In this document: piece by piece, positions 1 through 8,549 of the stretch | How positions within the stretch are numbered: position 1 is the stretch's first letter | How the letters are laid out: the number at the start of each line of letters is the position of its first letter | From: Thermoanaerobaculia bacterium | Lineage (GTDB): Bacteria; Acidobacteriota; Thermoanaerobaculia; UBA5066; Gp7-AA6 | DNA length: 64,000 nt | Direction of reading: 5' to 3' | NCBI GenBank assembly: GCA_035506175.1 | Contig: DATJPZ010000023.1 | Span: 31,687 to 95,686 of the forward strand | Program-made: the position numbers and the translations under genes | Notes under the pieces: generated by a model | The model's input: the letters and a program-made list of their open reading frames with translations, nothing else | Database searches by the model: none | Told to the model about the DNA's origin: nothing

Positions 1-525
1 GGCGTGCCGCTCTCGGTCGCCGGCGCGTCCTGGCCCGCTCTGTGGATCCAGCGCGCGCGGGAAACGCCCGCCGGCGCCGACGCCGTCGCGGGCGGCTGCC
101 TGTTTCGCGAAACGGTCGTCGAGCTCGACCCCGTGGCGGGCGTTCTCCGGCTGCACGACCCCGCGCACCTCGCCACGCCGGAAGGCTACTTCCGCGTCGT
201 CATCGACGACGACGGGGACCGGCCGGTCGCGATCGTCAGCCGCGGCAAGGCCGACCTTCGGCTGGCCGCCGGCAGCGACACCGGCGCGGCGGCGCTCGTC
301 GTGGCCGACGCCAGCGCGGCGCGCGTGGGCATCTCCGGGGGCGAGGCCCGCGGTTTCGCCTGGGGACCGGTGCGGCTACCGCCGCTGCCCGTCCGGACTG
401 CCGCGGCGGGATTCTTCCCCGACTGGGGCGACGACGGTCTGCTCGGTTATCCGCTGCTGCTGCGGTTTCACGTCTTCGTGAACATGCCGCAGCGCTGGAT
501 CTACCTCAAGCCCCTCGAGCGCTAG
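1..525 (+). CDS. C-terminal part of a retropepsin-like (clan AA) aspartyl-protease-domain protein; the 5-prime end lies upstream of the window
   Basis: The frame is open from base 1, with a stop at 523-525. The C-terminal ...DGLLGYPLLLRFHVFVNMPQRWIYLKP resembles the end of bacterial Asp_protease_2-type domains. GC3 bias is high. Confidence 0.45.
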   Translation, partial: GVPLSVAGASWPALWIQRARETPAGADAVAGGCLFRETVVELDPVAGVLRLHDPAHLATPEGYFRVVIDDDGDRPVAIVSRGKADLRLAAGSDTGAAALVVADASAARVGISGGEARGFAWGPVRLPPLPVRTAAAGFFPDWGDDGLLGYPLLLRFHVFVNMPQRWIYLKPLER

Positions 526-529
526 CGCG

Positions 530-679
530 CTATCGCGCGCTTTCCCGGGCGGGCGCCAGCGGAATCTCCGTTTCGCAGCGCCCGCAGAGCAGATCGGTCT
601 CGCCATCCAGCCAGCGCGTCTCGAGACGCAGCGCGGAGGCGCAGGTCGGACAGGTCAACACCATCGTGGTCGGCGGCAT
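530..679 (-). CDS. Small zinc-ribbon protein (MJ0042-like CxxC...CxxC finger)
   Basis: ATG at 679. The 49-aa product is MPPTTMVLTCPTCASALRLETRWLDGETDLLCGRCETEIPLAP... with two CxxC pairs. Codons end mostly in G/C. Confidence 0.4.
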   Translation of the reverse strand: MPPTTMVLTCPTCASALRLETRWLDGETDLLCGRCETEIPLAPARESAR

Positions 680-750
680 CTTGTCGGCCGTCCCCCTTCG
701 CGCCGCGGCGTCCCGCCGGAAAGGATCGAAAGGGACAACGTTGTCGTGCT

Positions 751-1083
751 TCACCGTCGTTCCTCCTGTCCGAAATGCCGCTCCGGTTCGGAGGCGGCGT
801 GGTCTTCGAGGGGGCGCGCGAGGGTCAGGCGCGCGGCACCGCCCCGGCTCGTGCGCCGGACGGCGGCGAGCGCCACCGAGATGACGAACAGGACGGCCCC
901 CGTCGTCAGCAGGCTGGCGAAGACGGCGCGCACCGGCCGGGGCGCTTCCGCGAGATCGCGACCCCCGGCGCCGACGACGACGCCGCCCAGAAAAATACAG
1001 AGCACGGCGACGAGCAGCAGGCTCCGCGGCCGGTCGTCCGCGCGGCGCGCGGACTGGGACCACACGAGCTTCATGGAGTGCAC
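751..1083 (-). CDS. Small membrane protein with two predicted TM helices; function unknown
   Basis: Two hydrophobic stretches are present, SLLLVAVLCIFLGGVVVGAG and AVFASLLTTGAVLFVISVALAAV. GC3 is high in this frame. The start could be ATG 1083 or ATG 1074. Confidence 0.4.
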   Translation of the reverse strand: MHSMKLVWSQSARRADDRPRSLLLVAVLCIFLGGVVVGAGGRDLAEAPRPVRAVFASLLTTGAVLFVISVALAAVRRTSRGGAARLTLARPLEDHAASEPERHFGQEERR

Positions 1084-1292
1084 CGGGGAGCGGGAAGAGC
1101 GGCGGGACGCGGCCCCCGCCGGATGGATGCGTTCGGAGCAAGGTCGAAATCCAATCGGCCCTCCGAAGCGTCCGGAGCCGGATTGGCGCGCGACGCGCCG
1201 CCTCCGTCCCCGTTTTCGACGTTCTCATTGTACCCGGCGCCCCGCACAGCGGCAACGGATTTATGCTTGCCGCGCCTTTCGGAAGGGAAGAC

Positions 1293-3557
1293 ATGAGACG
1301 AGGAACGATCCTGCTCGCGCTGTTCGTCTGCCTCGGCGCTTCGCCGGCGCCCGCGCCCGCCCCGCAACCTCCGCGAGGCTTCTACGCCGAGAACGTCGCC
1401 GAGGAGCAGAAAGTCGAGCACGCGTTTCGCGCCGTTCCCGACCCGGGCGTCGCGCGCGAGTCGATGAAGCGTCTCTCGGCGGCGCCGCACCACCTCGGAT
1501 CCGCCGAAGGGGCGCGCAACGCGGAGTGGATCCTGGCGCGGTTCAAGGAGTGGGGGCTCGACGCGCACATCGAGACCTTCGAGGTCCTCTTTCCGACGCC
1601 GCGCGAGCGCGTGCTCGAGATGGTCTCGCCGGTGAAATTCCGGGCGTCGCTCGCCGAGACGCCGTTGAAGGACGACCCGACGTCGGGACAGACGGCCCAG
1701 CAGCTGCCGACCTTCAACGCCTTCTCGGCCGACGGCGAGGCCACCGCCCCGCTCGTCTACGTCAACTACGGCAACCCCGACGACTACGAGGTCCTCGAGA
1801 AAAACGGCGTCGACGTGCGCGGCAAGATCGTCATCGCGCGCTACGGCGGCGGCTGGCGGGGCATCAAGGTCAAGGTCGCCGGCGAAAAGGGCGCGCTCGC
1901 CTGCATCATCTATTCCGATCCGCGCGACGACGGCTACTTCGAAGGCGCGGTCTACCCGAAGGGGCCCTTCCGTCCCGAGCAGGGCGTTCAGCGCGGCAGC
2001 GTGGCCGACATGCCGCTGTACTCGGGCGATCCGCTGACGCCGGGGGTCGGCGCCACGCACGACGCGAAGCGTCTCGACCGCCGGGACGCGAAGACGATCA
2101 CGAAGATCCCCGTCCTCCCGATTTCCTACGCCGACGCGAAACCCCTGCTCGCCGAGCTCGGCGGGCCCGTCGCGCCCGAGTCCTGGCGCGGCGCGCTGCC
2201 GATCACGTACCGGCTCGGCCCGGGACCGGCCACGGTGCACCTGAAAGCCGTCTTCGACTGGAACCTCGTGCCCGCTCGCGACGTCGTCGCGACGATCAAG
2301 GGCTCGGTCTGGCCGGACGAGTGGGTGATCCGCGGCAACCACCACGACGCCTGGGTCAACGGCGCGGAAGACCCGATCAGCGGGCTCGTCGCGCTGCTCG
2401 AGGAGGCCAGGGCTTACGGCGCGCTGCTCGAGAAGGGCTGGCACCCGAAGCGCACGATCGTGCTCTGCGCGTGGGACGGCGAGGAGGAGGGCCTCTTCGG
2501 TTCGACCGAGTGGGTCGAGACGCACGCCGACGAGCTCGCGTCCCGCGGCGTGGCCTACCTGAACAGCGACGGCAACGGCCGCGGCTTCCTGAACGTCGGC
2601 GGCTCGCCGGCCCTCGAGCCGGTGGTCGCGGGCGCAGCCGCCGAGGTGGAAGACCCCGAGAAGAAGATGTCGGTCCTCGCGCGGACGCGGCTCAAGAAGA
2701 TCGCCGACGCCGCCAGGCCCGAGGACCGCCGCGAGGCGCGCGAGCACGCCGGCCTCCAGCTCGAGGCCCTCGGCTCGGGCTCGGACTTCACGCCGTTTCT
2801 CCAGCACGCCGGAATCGCGTCGCTCAACCTCGGCTTCGCCGGCGAAGACCAGGGCGGCATCTACCACTCGATCTACGACGACTTCAGCTGGTACACGCGC
2901 TTCGGGGACACGGACTTCGTTTACGCCCGCGTCCTCGCGCAGACGGCCGGCACGATGACGCTGCGCCTGGCCAACGCGGACGTGCTGCCGCTCGACTTCA
3001 CGGCGGCGGCCAGCGCGATCGCCCGCTGGGTCAAGGAGGTCTCGGAGCTCGCCGACACGAAGCGCAAGGACACCGAGGAGAAGAACACGCAGATCGCGGA
3101 GAACCTGCCGTTTGCGGTGGCGGACCCGCGCAAGCCGTACGTCGCGCCGAAGAGCGAGGCTCCCGTGCCGTACTTCGACTTCTCCCCTCTGTACAACGCG
3201 TCGGACGCCCTGACCGCGGCGGCAGCGGCGTACGCCCGGGCGCTCGACGCGCAGTTCGAGCCCGGGGCGCCGAAGCTGTCGCCCGAACGCCTCGCGGCGC
3301 TGAACGCGGCGCTCCGCGGATTCGAGAAGAGCCTCACGCTCGAGGGCGGCCTGCCCGGCCGGCCGTGGTATCGCAATCTCGCCTACGCGCCCGGCGCTTA
3401 CACCGGCTACTCGGTCAAGACGCTGCCGGCCGTGCGCGAAGCGATCGAGCAGAAGCGCTGGAGCGAGGTCAACGGCGCCTCGGCGCAGACGGGCAAGGCG
3501 ATCCAGCAGGCGGCCGACCAGGTCAAGGCGGCGACGAAGCTGTTGTCGGGTTCCTAG
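1293..3557 (+). CDS. Secreted M28-family metallopeptidase of the glutamate carboxypeptidase II / transferrin-receptor-like type (PA domain + M28 + TfR-like dimerisation domain)
   Basis: ATG 1293 gives the signal-like MRRGTILLALFVCLGASPAPA. A PA-like segment reads NYGNPDDYEVLEKNGVDVRGKIVIARYGG. M28 motifs are RGNHHDAWVNGAEDPISG and WDGEEEGLFGSTEW. The C-terminal RPWYRNLAYAPGAYTGY looks like a TfR-like dimerisation region. Confidence 0.85.
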   Translation: MRRGTILLALFVCLGASPAPAPAPQPPRGFYAENVAEEQKVEHAFRAVPDPGVARESMKRLSAAPHHLGSAEGARNAEWILARFKEWGLDAHIETFEVLFPTPRERVLEMVSPVKFRASLAETPLKDDPTSGQTAQQLPTFNAFSADGEATAPLVYVNYGNPDDYEVLEKNGVDVRGKIVIARYGGGWRGIKVKVAGEKGALACIIYSDPRDDGYFEGAVYPKGPFRPEQGVQRGSVADMPLYSGDPLTPGVGATHDAKRLDRRDAKTITKIPVLPISYADAKPLLAELGGPVAPESWRGALPITYRLGPGPATVHLKAVFDWNLVPARDVVATIKGSVWPDEWVIRGNHHDAWVNGAEDPISGLVALLEEARAYGALLEKGWHPKRTIVLCAWDGEEEGLFGSTEWVETHADELASRGVAYLNSDGNGRGFLNVGGSPALEPVVAGAAAEVEDPEKKMSVLARTRLKKIADAARPEDRREAREHAGLQLEALGSGSDFTPFLQHAGIASLNLGFAGEDQGGIYHSIYDDFSWYTRFGDTDFVYARVLAQTAGTMTLRLANADVLPLDFTAAASAIARWVKEVSELADTKRKDTEEKNTQIAENLPFAVADPRKPYVAPKSEAPVPYFDFSPLYNASDALTAAAAAYARALDAQFEPGAPKLSPERLAALNAALRGFEKSLTLEGGLPGRPWYRNLAYAPGAYTGYSVKTLPAVREAIEQKRWSEVNGASAQTGKAIQQAADQVKAATKLLSGS

Positions 3558-3646
3558 AATGCCGCTCGCCGAGCGAGAGCGTTTCGCGCAGTCACCGAGC
3601 GAAACCACTCGCGCGGCGGGAGCCTGAGCGAAAGGGAGAGATCGGG

Positions 3647-3667
3647 CGGGCGGCGAACCGTCGCCCG
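3647..3667. terminator. Candidate bidirectional hairpin between convergent genes
   Basis: CGGGCGGCG-AAC-CGTCGCCCG forms a 9-bp stem (one G-U pair) with a 3-nt loop. It lies in the 156-nt gap between the stops at 3557 (+) and 3714 (-). There is no clear U-tract. Confidence 0.2.
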
Positions 3668-3713
3668 GGGGGCCCCGCCGGCGGCGCAGATCTCGAGCCA
3701 GTGAAGGCGACGG

Positions 3714-4220
3714 TTACGGCGCCACTCCCCCGCCTCTCATCCTTTCGTAAATCTCCTGGCTGTCGGACTTGCCGAGCGCGATCGCGCAGGTGCCGTCGCA
3801 CCGCGCGGTGACACGGCCGTCGGCGTCGTGGATCTCGGCGGCGGCGAAGACCAGGTTCAGGCCCGCGCGCACGAGGCGCGCCTCCGCGGCGATCCGGTCG
3901 CCGCGCGTCGGCCGGAAGAACGTCATGGAGAGGTTGACGGTCGCCGACCGCGTGTCCGGGCGGGTCAGCCAGCCCACGGTCCCGATGACGAGGTCGAACA
4001 GCCCGGCGAGCACGACGCCGTTGACCGCGTCCGTCCCGAGGCCGCCCCGGTGGACAGGCGTGACGGGGTCGATGACCGCCCGCACGCGGTCCACCCGGTC
4101 GAACTCGAGCCGCGCGCCGAAGTGCTTCATGGGCGGCGAGGCATTCCACATCTCGCCGAGGGCGCACAGGGACTCCAGCGTGGGGTAGGCGGGCGAAAAA
4201 GGCTGCCCTTCGAGGCTCAT
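3714..4220 (-). CDS. PaaI-family (hotdog-fold) acyl-CoA thioesterase
   Basis: The product is 168 aa. It contains ...NASPPMKHFGARLEFD...VHRGGLGTDAVNGVVLAGLFDLVIG...NLSMTFFRP..., which fits the PaaI/4HBT pattern. It lies 33 nt downstream of the kinase gene on the same strand. Confidence 0.7.
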   Translation of the reverse strand: MSLEGQPFSPAYPTLESLCALGEMWNASPPMKHFGARLEFDRVDRVRAVIDPVTPVHRGGLGTDAVNGVVLAGLFDLVIGTVGWLTRPDTRSATVNLSMTFFRPTRGDRIAAEARLVRAGLNLVFAAAEIHDADGRVTARCDGTCAIALGKSDSQEIYERMRGGGVAP

Positions 4221-4253
4221 CCGGTCAATGCGCCTCCGGGGTCAGACCCCCCT

Positions 4254-6857
4254 TCACTTCAGCCCCTCGACCACGAAGAGGTCCGAGAGCAGCCGCGTGA
4301 AACAGTAGGCGTAGCCCTTGCCGTCGGGGGTGACGAGCACGTTCGAGATCCGCTCGACGCCGGACGGGTCGGCGGGAATGAGATCCTTCCAGGTCTCGCG
4401 CTTGCCGTTGGCGACTTCGAGGCGCGTCACACGGGCCGGCACGTCGCCCCGTTTCCAGAGATAGAGAAACCGCCCGTCCGGCGAAAAGCGCAGCGGGAAC
4501 TCGCCGTCGGCGACGCCCGCGAATTCGCGCGGCGAGCCGCCGTCGACGGGGTAGATCGTGGCCTTGCGCTCGGGACCGATCGCGGCGACGGACTTCCCGT
4601 CCGGCGAGACCGCGAAGCCCGGCAGCGCCGCGACGATGCCCTCGGGCGAGATCGCCCGCGGCTTGTCGCCGTCGATCGACTGGACGTAGAGGCGGAGCCG
4701 GTGTCCCGGCTCGCTGCCCGCGAAGACGATCGTCTTGCTGTCGGGGAGCCAGGTCGCGGCCTGCTCGGGGCTGACCGAGCCCGTCGAGAGCTGCCGGCGG
4801 TCGCCCGTGCCGGTGGGCAGGAGGATGAAGGGCGAGTTGGGCGTGGGCAGCATCGACAGGGCCCACTTGCCGTCGGGGGATATCGCCATCGCGTTGCCCT
4901 CGCCGAGCCTCACGACCGGCGAACGGTCCGCCTTGCGGACGAAGACCGTGTAGTTGGCGCCGCCGGCCTCCCCCTCCTCGTCGAAGAGGAGCACGCCCGC
5001 GTCGGGCGTGAGGTCCGCGGCGAACGAGTAGTCGAGAAACGACATGTCGCGCTCGCGCGTGTCGCCCTGGAGCATCGCCAGGACGCCCACCCGCGGGCTC
5101 TCGCGCGTGAGCAGGACGTGGCCGCTGCGCGCCACGTCGTGGAGCTTCAACCCGCCGGGCACGCGCGTCACGACGCGGAGCTTGCCGGCGGGTGTGACGG
5201 CGTAGAGCGATCGGTTCGCGCCCGCCTCGGTCGCCGTGAACCAGACCTCCTCGCCGTTGGCCGACCACGCCAGGCCGCCCTCGCTCGCCCACTTCGACGT
5301 CAGCGTCGTCTTCTTGCCCGCCAGGTCGATCACGGCCACGGTGCCCGCGTCGTCGAGCGGGAAGGGATGGTCGAGGAACGCGATGCGGTCGGCCTTCGGC
5401 GACAGGCGCGCGTAGCTGACGTGGCCCGATGTCTCGTACAGGACCTTGCCCATCGGGAACTCGATCCGGGACTTCCCGCCGACGTCGCGCACGACCATCA
5501 GGTTCGACCCGTCCGGCGCCCAGTCGGCCTCCTGCACGCCTTCGGCGACGTCGCGCGGCGAGCCCCCGGTCAGCGCGGCGCGCGCGAGCGTGCCGGCGCA
5601 GACGCCCGGATGGTTCGACCGGCAGTCGATCGCGATCGCCATCTCGCCCGACGGCGAGATCGAGAGCAGGTTCGCGCTCGGGAGCTCCAGCGGGAGCGAG
5701 TCCGGGCTCGAGGGGTGCTTCAGGAAGAGCTTGAGCGGCGTTCCGTCCCAGGCCGCGCTGTAGACGATCGTCTGCCCGTCCGGCGCGAACCGCGCGGCGC
5801 GGATGGTTCCCGAGCCGAAGGTGATCTGCTGGTACGAGGGCGGCAGCGTCTTGACGAGGTTTTTCTGCAGGAGCATCCCGGCGCCGAGGGCGGCGAGGAC
5901 CGCGATCGCCGCGGCGAGCGGCCCGATCCGGCGCCGCGATTCCGCCGCCGGGACCGCCGCGGCGGCGCCGGAAATCTCCCCGGAGACCGCCGAAGCCGCC
6001 TCGGACAGGTGCTCGCGGACGCCGCGCACGTCGCGCGCGAGGTCGCGCGTCGAGGCGTAGCGCTCGTCCGGGTCCTTCTGCAGGCAGCGCTCGACGATCC
6101 AGCGAAACGGTGCCGGGACCTTCGCGTTGACCTGGACGACGGGAGCCGTGTCCTCCCGAATGATCGCCGTCAGCGTCTCGGCCGTCGTGCCGCGCTGGAA
6201 CGCGCGCTGGCCGGTCGCCATCTCGTAGTAGATCGAGCCCAGGGCGAACTGGTCGGAGCGGAAGTCGAGCGCCTTGCCGCTCGCCTGCTCGGGCGACATG
6301 TACCCGACGGTGCCGAGGACCGTTCCGGCCTGCGTCGCCTGCGCCGTCGGCAGGTTCGACGTGTCCTCGGGCTGCTCCTTCAGGAGCTTGGCGAGACCGA
6401 AGTCGAGGATCTTGACCGCGCCGTCCTTCGAGATCATCACGTTCTCGGGCTTCAGGTCGCGGTGGACGATGCCGGCCGCGTGGGCCTTGGCCAGGCCGTC
6501 GGCCATCTGGTACGCCAGATCGAGGAGCTTCTTCGTCGGCAGCGGGCCGCCGTGCAGCGTCTCGCGCAGCGTGCGGCCGTCGACGAACTCCATCGCGATG
6601 TAGACGGTCGGGCCGTCGACGCCGATGTCGTGAATCGTGACGATGTTCGGATGGTTCAGGGCCGAGGCCGCGCGCGCCTCCTGCTCGAAGCGCTTGCGCC
6701 GGTCGGTGTCGGCGGCGAACTCGGCGGCGAGCACCTTGATCGCGACCTCGCGGCCGAGCCGCGTGTCGCGCGCCCTATAAACCTCTCCCATCCCGCCCGC
6801 CCCGAGAGGCGAGAGAACCTCGAAGGGGCCCAGCTTCGTCCCGCTTGCGATCGTCAT
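4254..6857 (-). CDS. Transmembrane Hanks-type Ser/Thr protein kinase with a C-terminal TolB/PD40-like beta-propeller
   Basis: Kinase motifs are GAGGMGEVYRARD, AIKVL, HRDLKPENV, DFGLAK and YMSPEQ. One TM helix reads IGPLAAAIAVLAALGAGMLL. Repeated ...SPDG.../...APDG... blades follow. Confidence 0.9.
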   Translation of the reverse strand: MTIASGTKLGPFEVLSPLGAGGMGEVYRARDTRLGREVAIKVLAAEFAADTDRRKRFEQEARAASALNHPNIVTIHDIGVDGPTVYIAMEFVDGRTLRETLHGGPLPTKKLLDLAYQMADGLAKAHAAGIVHRDLKPENVMISKDGAVKILDFGLAKLLKEQPEDTSNLPTAQATQAGTVLGTVGYMSPEQASGKALDFRSDQFALGSIYYEMATGQRAFQRGTTAETLTAIIREDTAPVVQVNAKVPAPFRWIVERCLQKDPDERYASTRDLARDVRGVREHLSEAASAVSGEISGAAAAVPAAESRRRIGPLAAAIAVLAALGAGMLLQKNLVKTLPPSYQQITFGSGTIRAARFAPDGQTIVYSAAWDGTPLKLFLKHPSSPDSLPLELPSANLLSISPSGEMAIAIDCRSNHPGVCAGTLARAALTGGSPRDVAEGVQEADWAPDGSNLMVVRDVGGKSRIEFPMGKVLYETSGHVSYARLSPKADRIAFLDHPFPLDDAGTVAVIDLAGKKTTLTSKWASEGGLAWSANGEEVWFTATEAGANRSLYAVTPAGKLRVVTRVPGGLKLHDVARSGHVLLTRESPRVGVLAMLQGDTRERDMSFLDYSFAADLTPDAGVLLFDEEGEAGGANYTVFVRKADRSPVVRLGEGNAMAISPDGKWALSMLPTPNSPFILLPTGTGDRRQLSTGSVSPEQAATWLPDSKTIVFAGSEPGHRLRLYVQSIDGDKPRAISPEGIVAALPGFAVSPDGKSVAAIGPERKATIYPVDGGSPREFAGVADGEFPLRFSPDGRFLYLWKRGDVPARVTRLEVANGKRETWKDLIPADPSGVERISNVLVTPDGKGYAYCFTRLLSDLFVVEGLK

Positions 6858-6916
6858 TCCTGGAACCGCGAGGATTCTAACCGTAGAATCGCGCCACCTC
6901 GACCGGAAGGATTTCG

Positions 6917-8215
6917 ATGAGATTCAGAATTGCCGCGCTGCTCTTCTCTGTCGGCGCTTCGGCCGCGTTCGCGGCCGCGCCGCCGCCCCCCCCGCCCGTC
7001 GCCGTGAAGGCCGGCCGGCTGATCGACACGAAGTCGGGAACGGTCGTGCCCGGAGCGGTGATCCTCATCGAGAACGGCCGCGTCAAGGCGGTCGGCCCGT
7101 CGGTCGCGATCCCGGCCGGGGCGACGGTGATCGACCTCTCCGGGCTGACGGTCCTGCCCGGCCTCTTCGACTGTCACACGCACCTCGTCGGCGACTACGT
7201 CAACGACAAGGACCCCCTCTCGGACCTGAAAAAGAGCGCCGCCGACCGCGCCTTCGAGTCCGTTCCGAACGCCCGCGCCACGCTCGACGCCGGTTTCACG
7301 ACGGTGCGGGACGTCGGGACCTACCGCGCCTTCGTGGATGTCGCGCTGCGCGACGCCATCGCCCGGGGCGACTTTCCCGGTCCCCGGATGTTCGTCGCGG
7401 GCGCGTACCTGACGATCACGGGCGGCGGCGGCGCGATCACGGGCTTCGCGCCCGACGTCGCGCTCCCCTGGGACCTCCGCTTCGGCGTCGCCGACGGCGT
7501 CGACCAGGTGCGCCAGCGCGTGCGCGACATCGCCCAGCACGACGTGGACGTCATCAAGGTCCTGGCCACCGGCGCCTTCCTCACGCACGGCTCGAACCCG
7601 CACGCGATCGAGTACACGGGCGAGGAGATCCGCGCCGCCGTCGAGGAGGCGAGCCACAAGGGCCTGAAGGTCGCCGCGCACGCCCACTCGACGGAAGGCA
7701 TCAAGCTCGCCGTGAAGGCGGGCGTGGCGTCGATCGAGCACGGAACCTACCTCGACGACGAAGGCATCCGCCTGATGAAGGAGCACGGGACCTACCTCGT
7801 GGCCGACATCTACGACGCGGAGTGGATCCGACAGGGCGCGGCCGCGGGCTATCCCCAGGACTTCGCCGAAAAACAGCCCGAGGGCGACGAGCTCCAGCGC
7901 CAGGCGTTCCGGAAGGCCGTCGAGGCCGGGGTCAGGATCGCCTTCGGCACCGACGTCAGCAACTTCCCGCACGGCCTGAACGCCCGCCAGTTCGCCTGGC
8001 AGGTCAAGTACGGCCAGACGCCGATGCAGGCGATCCAGTCCGCGACGGTGGGCGCCTCGGACCTGGTCGGCCGCGGCAACGACGCCGGCTCGCTCGAGCC
8101 GGGGAAGCGGGCCGACCTCATCGCCGTCAAGGGTGATCCGCTCGCCGACGTCCGGGCCCTCGAGAGCGTGGCCTTCGTCATGAAGGACGGGAAAATCTAC
8201 AAGGACGCGCGCTGA
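6917..8215 (+). CDS. Secreted amidohydrolase-superfamily metal-dependent hydrolase
   Basis: The signal peptide is MRFRIAALLFSVGASAAFAAA. Motifs include LPGLFDCHTHL (HxH), KVAAHAHS, IEHGTYL and AFGTDV. Confidence 0.85.
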   Translation: MRFRIAALLFSVGASAAFAAAPPPPPPVAVKAGRLIDTKSGTVVPGAVILIENGRVKAVGPSVAIPAGATVIDLSGLTVLPGLFDCHTHLVGDYVNDKDPLSDLKKSAADRAFESVPNARATLDAGFTTVRDVGTYRAFVDVALRDAIARGDFPGPRMFVAGAYLTITGGGGAITGFAPDVALPWDLRFGVADGVDQVRQRVRDIAQHDVDVIKVLATGAFLTHGSNPHAIEYTGEEIRAAVEEASHKGLKVAAHAHSTEGIKLAVKAGVASIEHGTYLDDEGIRLMKEHGTYLVADIYDAEWIRQGAAAGYPQDFAEKQPEGDELQRQAFRKAVEAGVRIAFGTDVSNFPHGLNARQFAWQVKYGQTPMQAIQSATVGASDLVGRGNDAGSLEPGKRADLIAVKGDPLADVRALESVAFVMKDGKIYKDAR

Positions 8216-8267
8216 CGCCTGCTAGAGTGCGGGACCGGACGCGAGAGCGCGCCGCGGGGAGGTCGCC

Positions 8268-8540
8268 ATGCCGAAGTTCGTCATCGAGAGAGAGATCCCG
8301 GGGGCGGGCCAGCTCTCGGACGCCGAGATCCAGGCGGTGTCCCGCAAGTCCGTCGAAGTGCTGCGCGGACTCGGCCCCGAGATCCAGTGGCTTCACTCCT
8401 ACGTCACGGGCGACAAGGTGTACTGCGTCTACCTGAGCCCGGACGAGGAGACGCTCCAGGAGCACGCGAAGAAGGTCGGCATTCCGGCCAGCCGCATCTC
8501 CGCGGTGCGGCGGCTCATCGACCCGACCAGCGGCGAATAG
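8268..8540 (+). CDS. DUF4242-like small protein
   Basis: The 90-aa product MPKFVIEREIPGAGQLSDAEIQAVSRKSVEVL...WLHSYVTGDKVYCVY matches my memory of the DUF4242 family pattern. Confidence 0.6.
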   Translation: MPKFVIEREIPGAGQLSDAEIQAVSRKSVEVLRGLGPEIQWLHSYVTGDKVYCVYLSPDEETLQEHAKKVGIPASRISAVRRLIDPTSGE

Positions 8541-8549
8541 CCAGCCGGC

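Noticed and set aside
746-3811. Very long ORFs (746..3811 +, 1021 aa; 1071..3608 -, 845 aa) overlapping the M28/GCPII-like gene
   Set aside because: The products are Arg/Gly/Ala/Pro-rich with no motifs, which is typical of off-frame or antisense translation of high-GC DNA. The 1293..3557 frame carries clear M28/PA/TfR motifs.
3828-6920. 1030-aa ORF on the plus strand, antisense to the kinase at 4254..6857
   Set aside because: It has low-complexity R/G/A/D/E composition and no recognisable domain. The opposite strand encodes an unambiguous kinase with a PD40 propeller.
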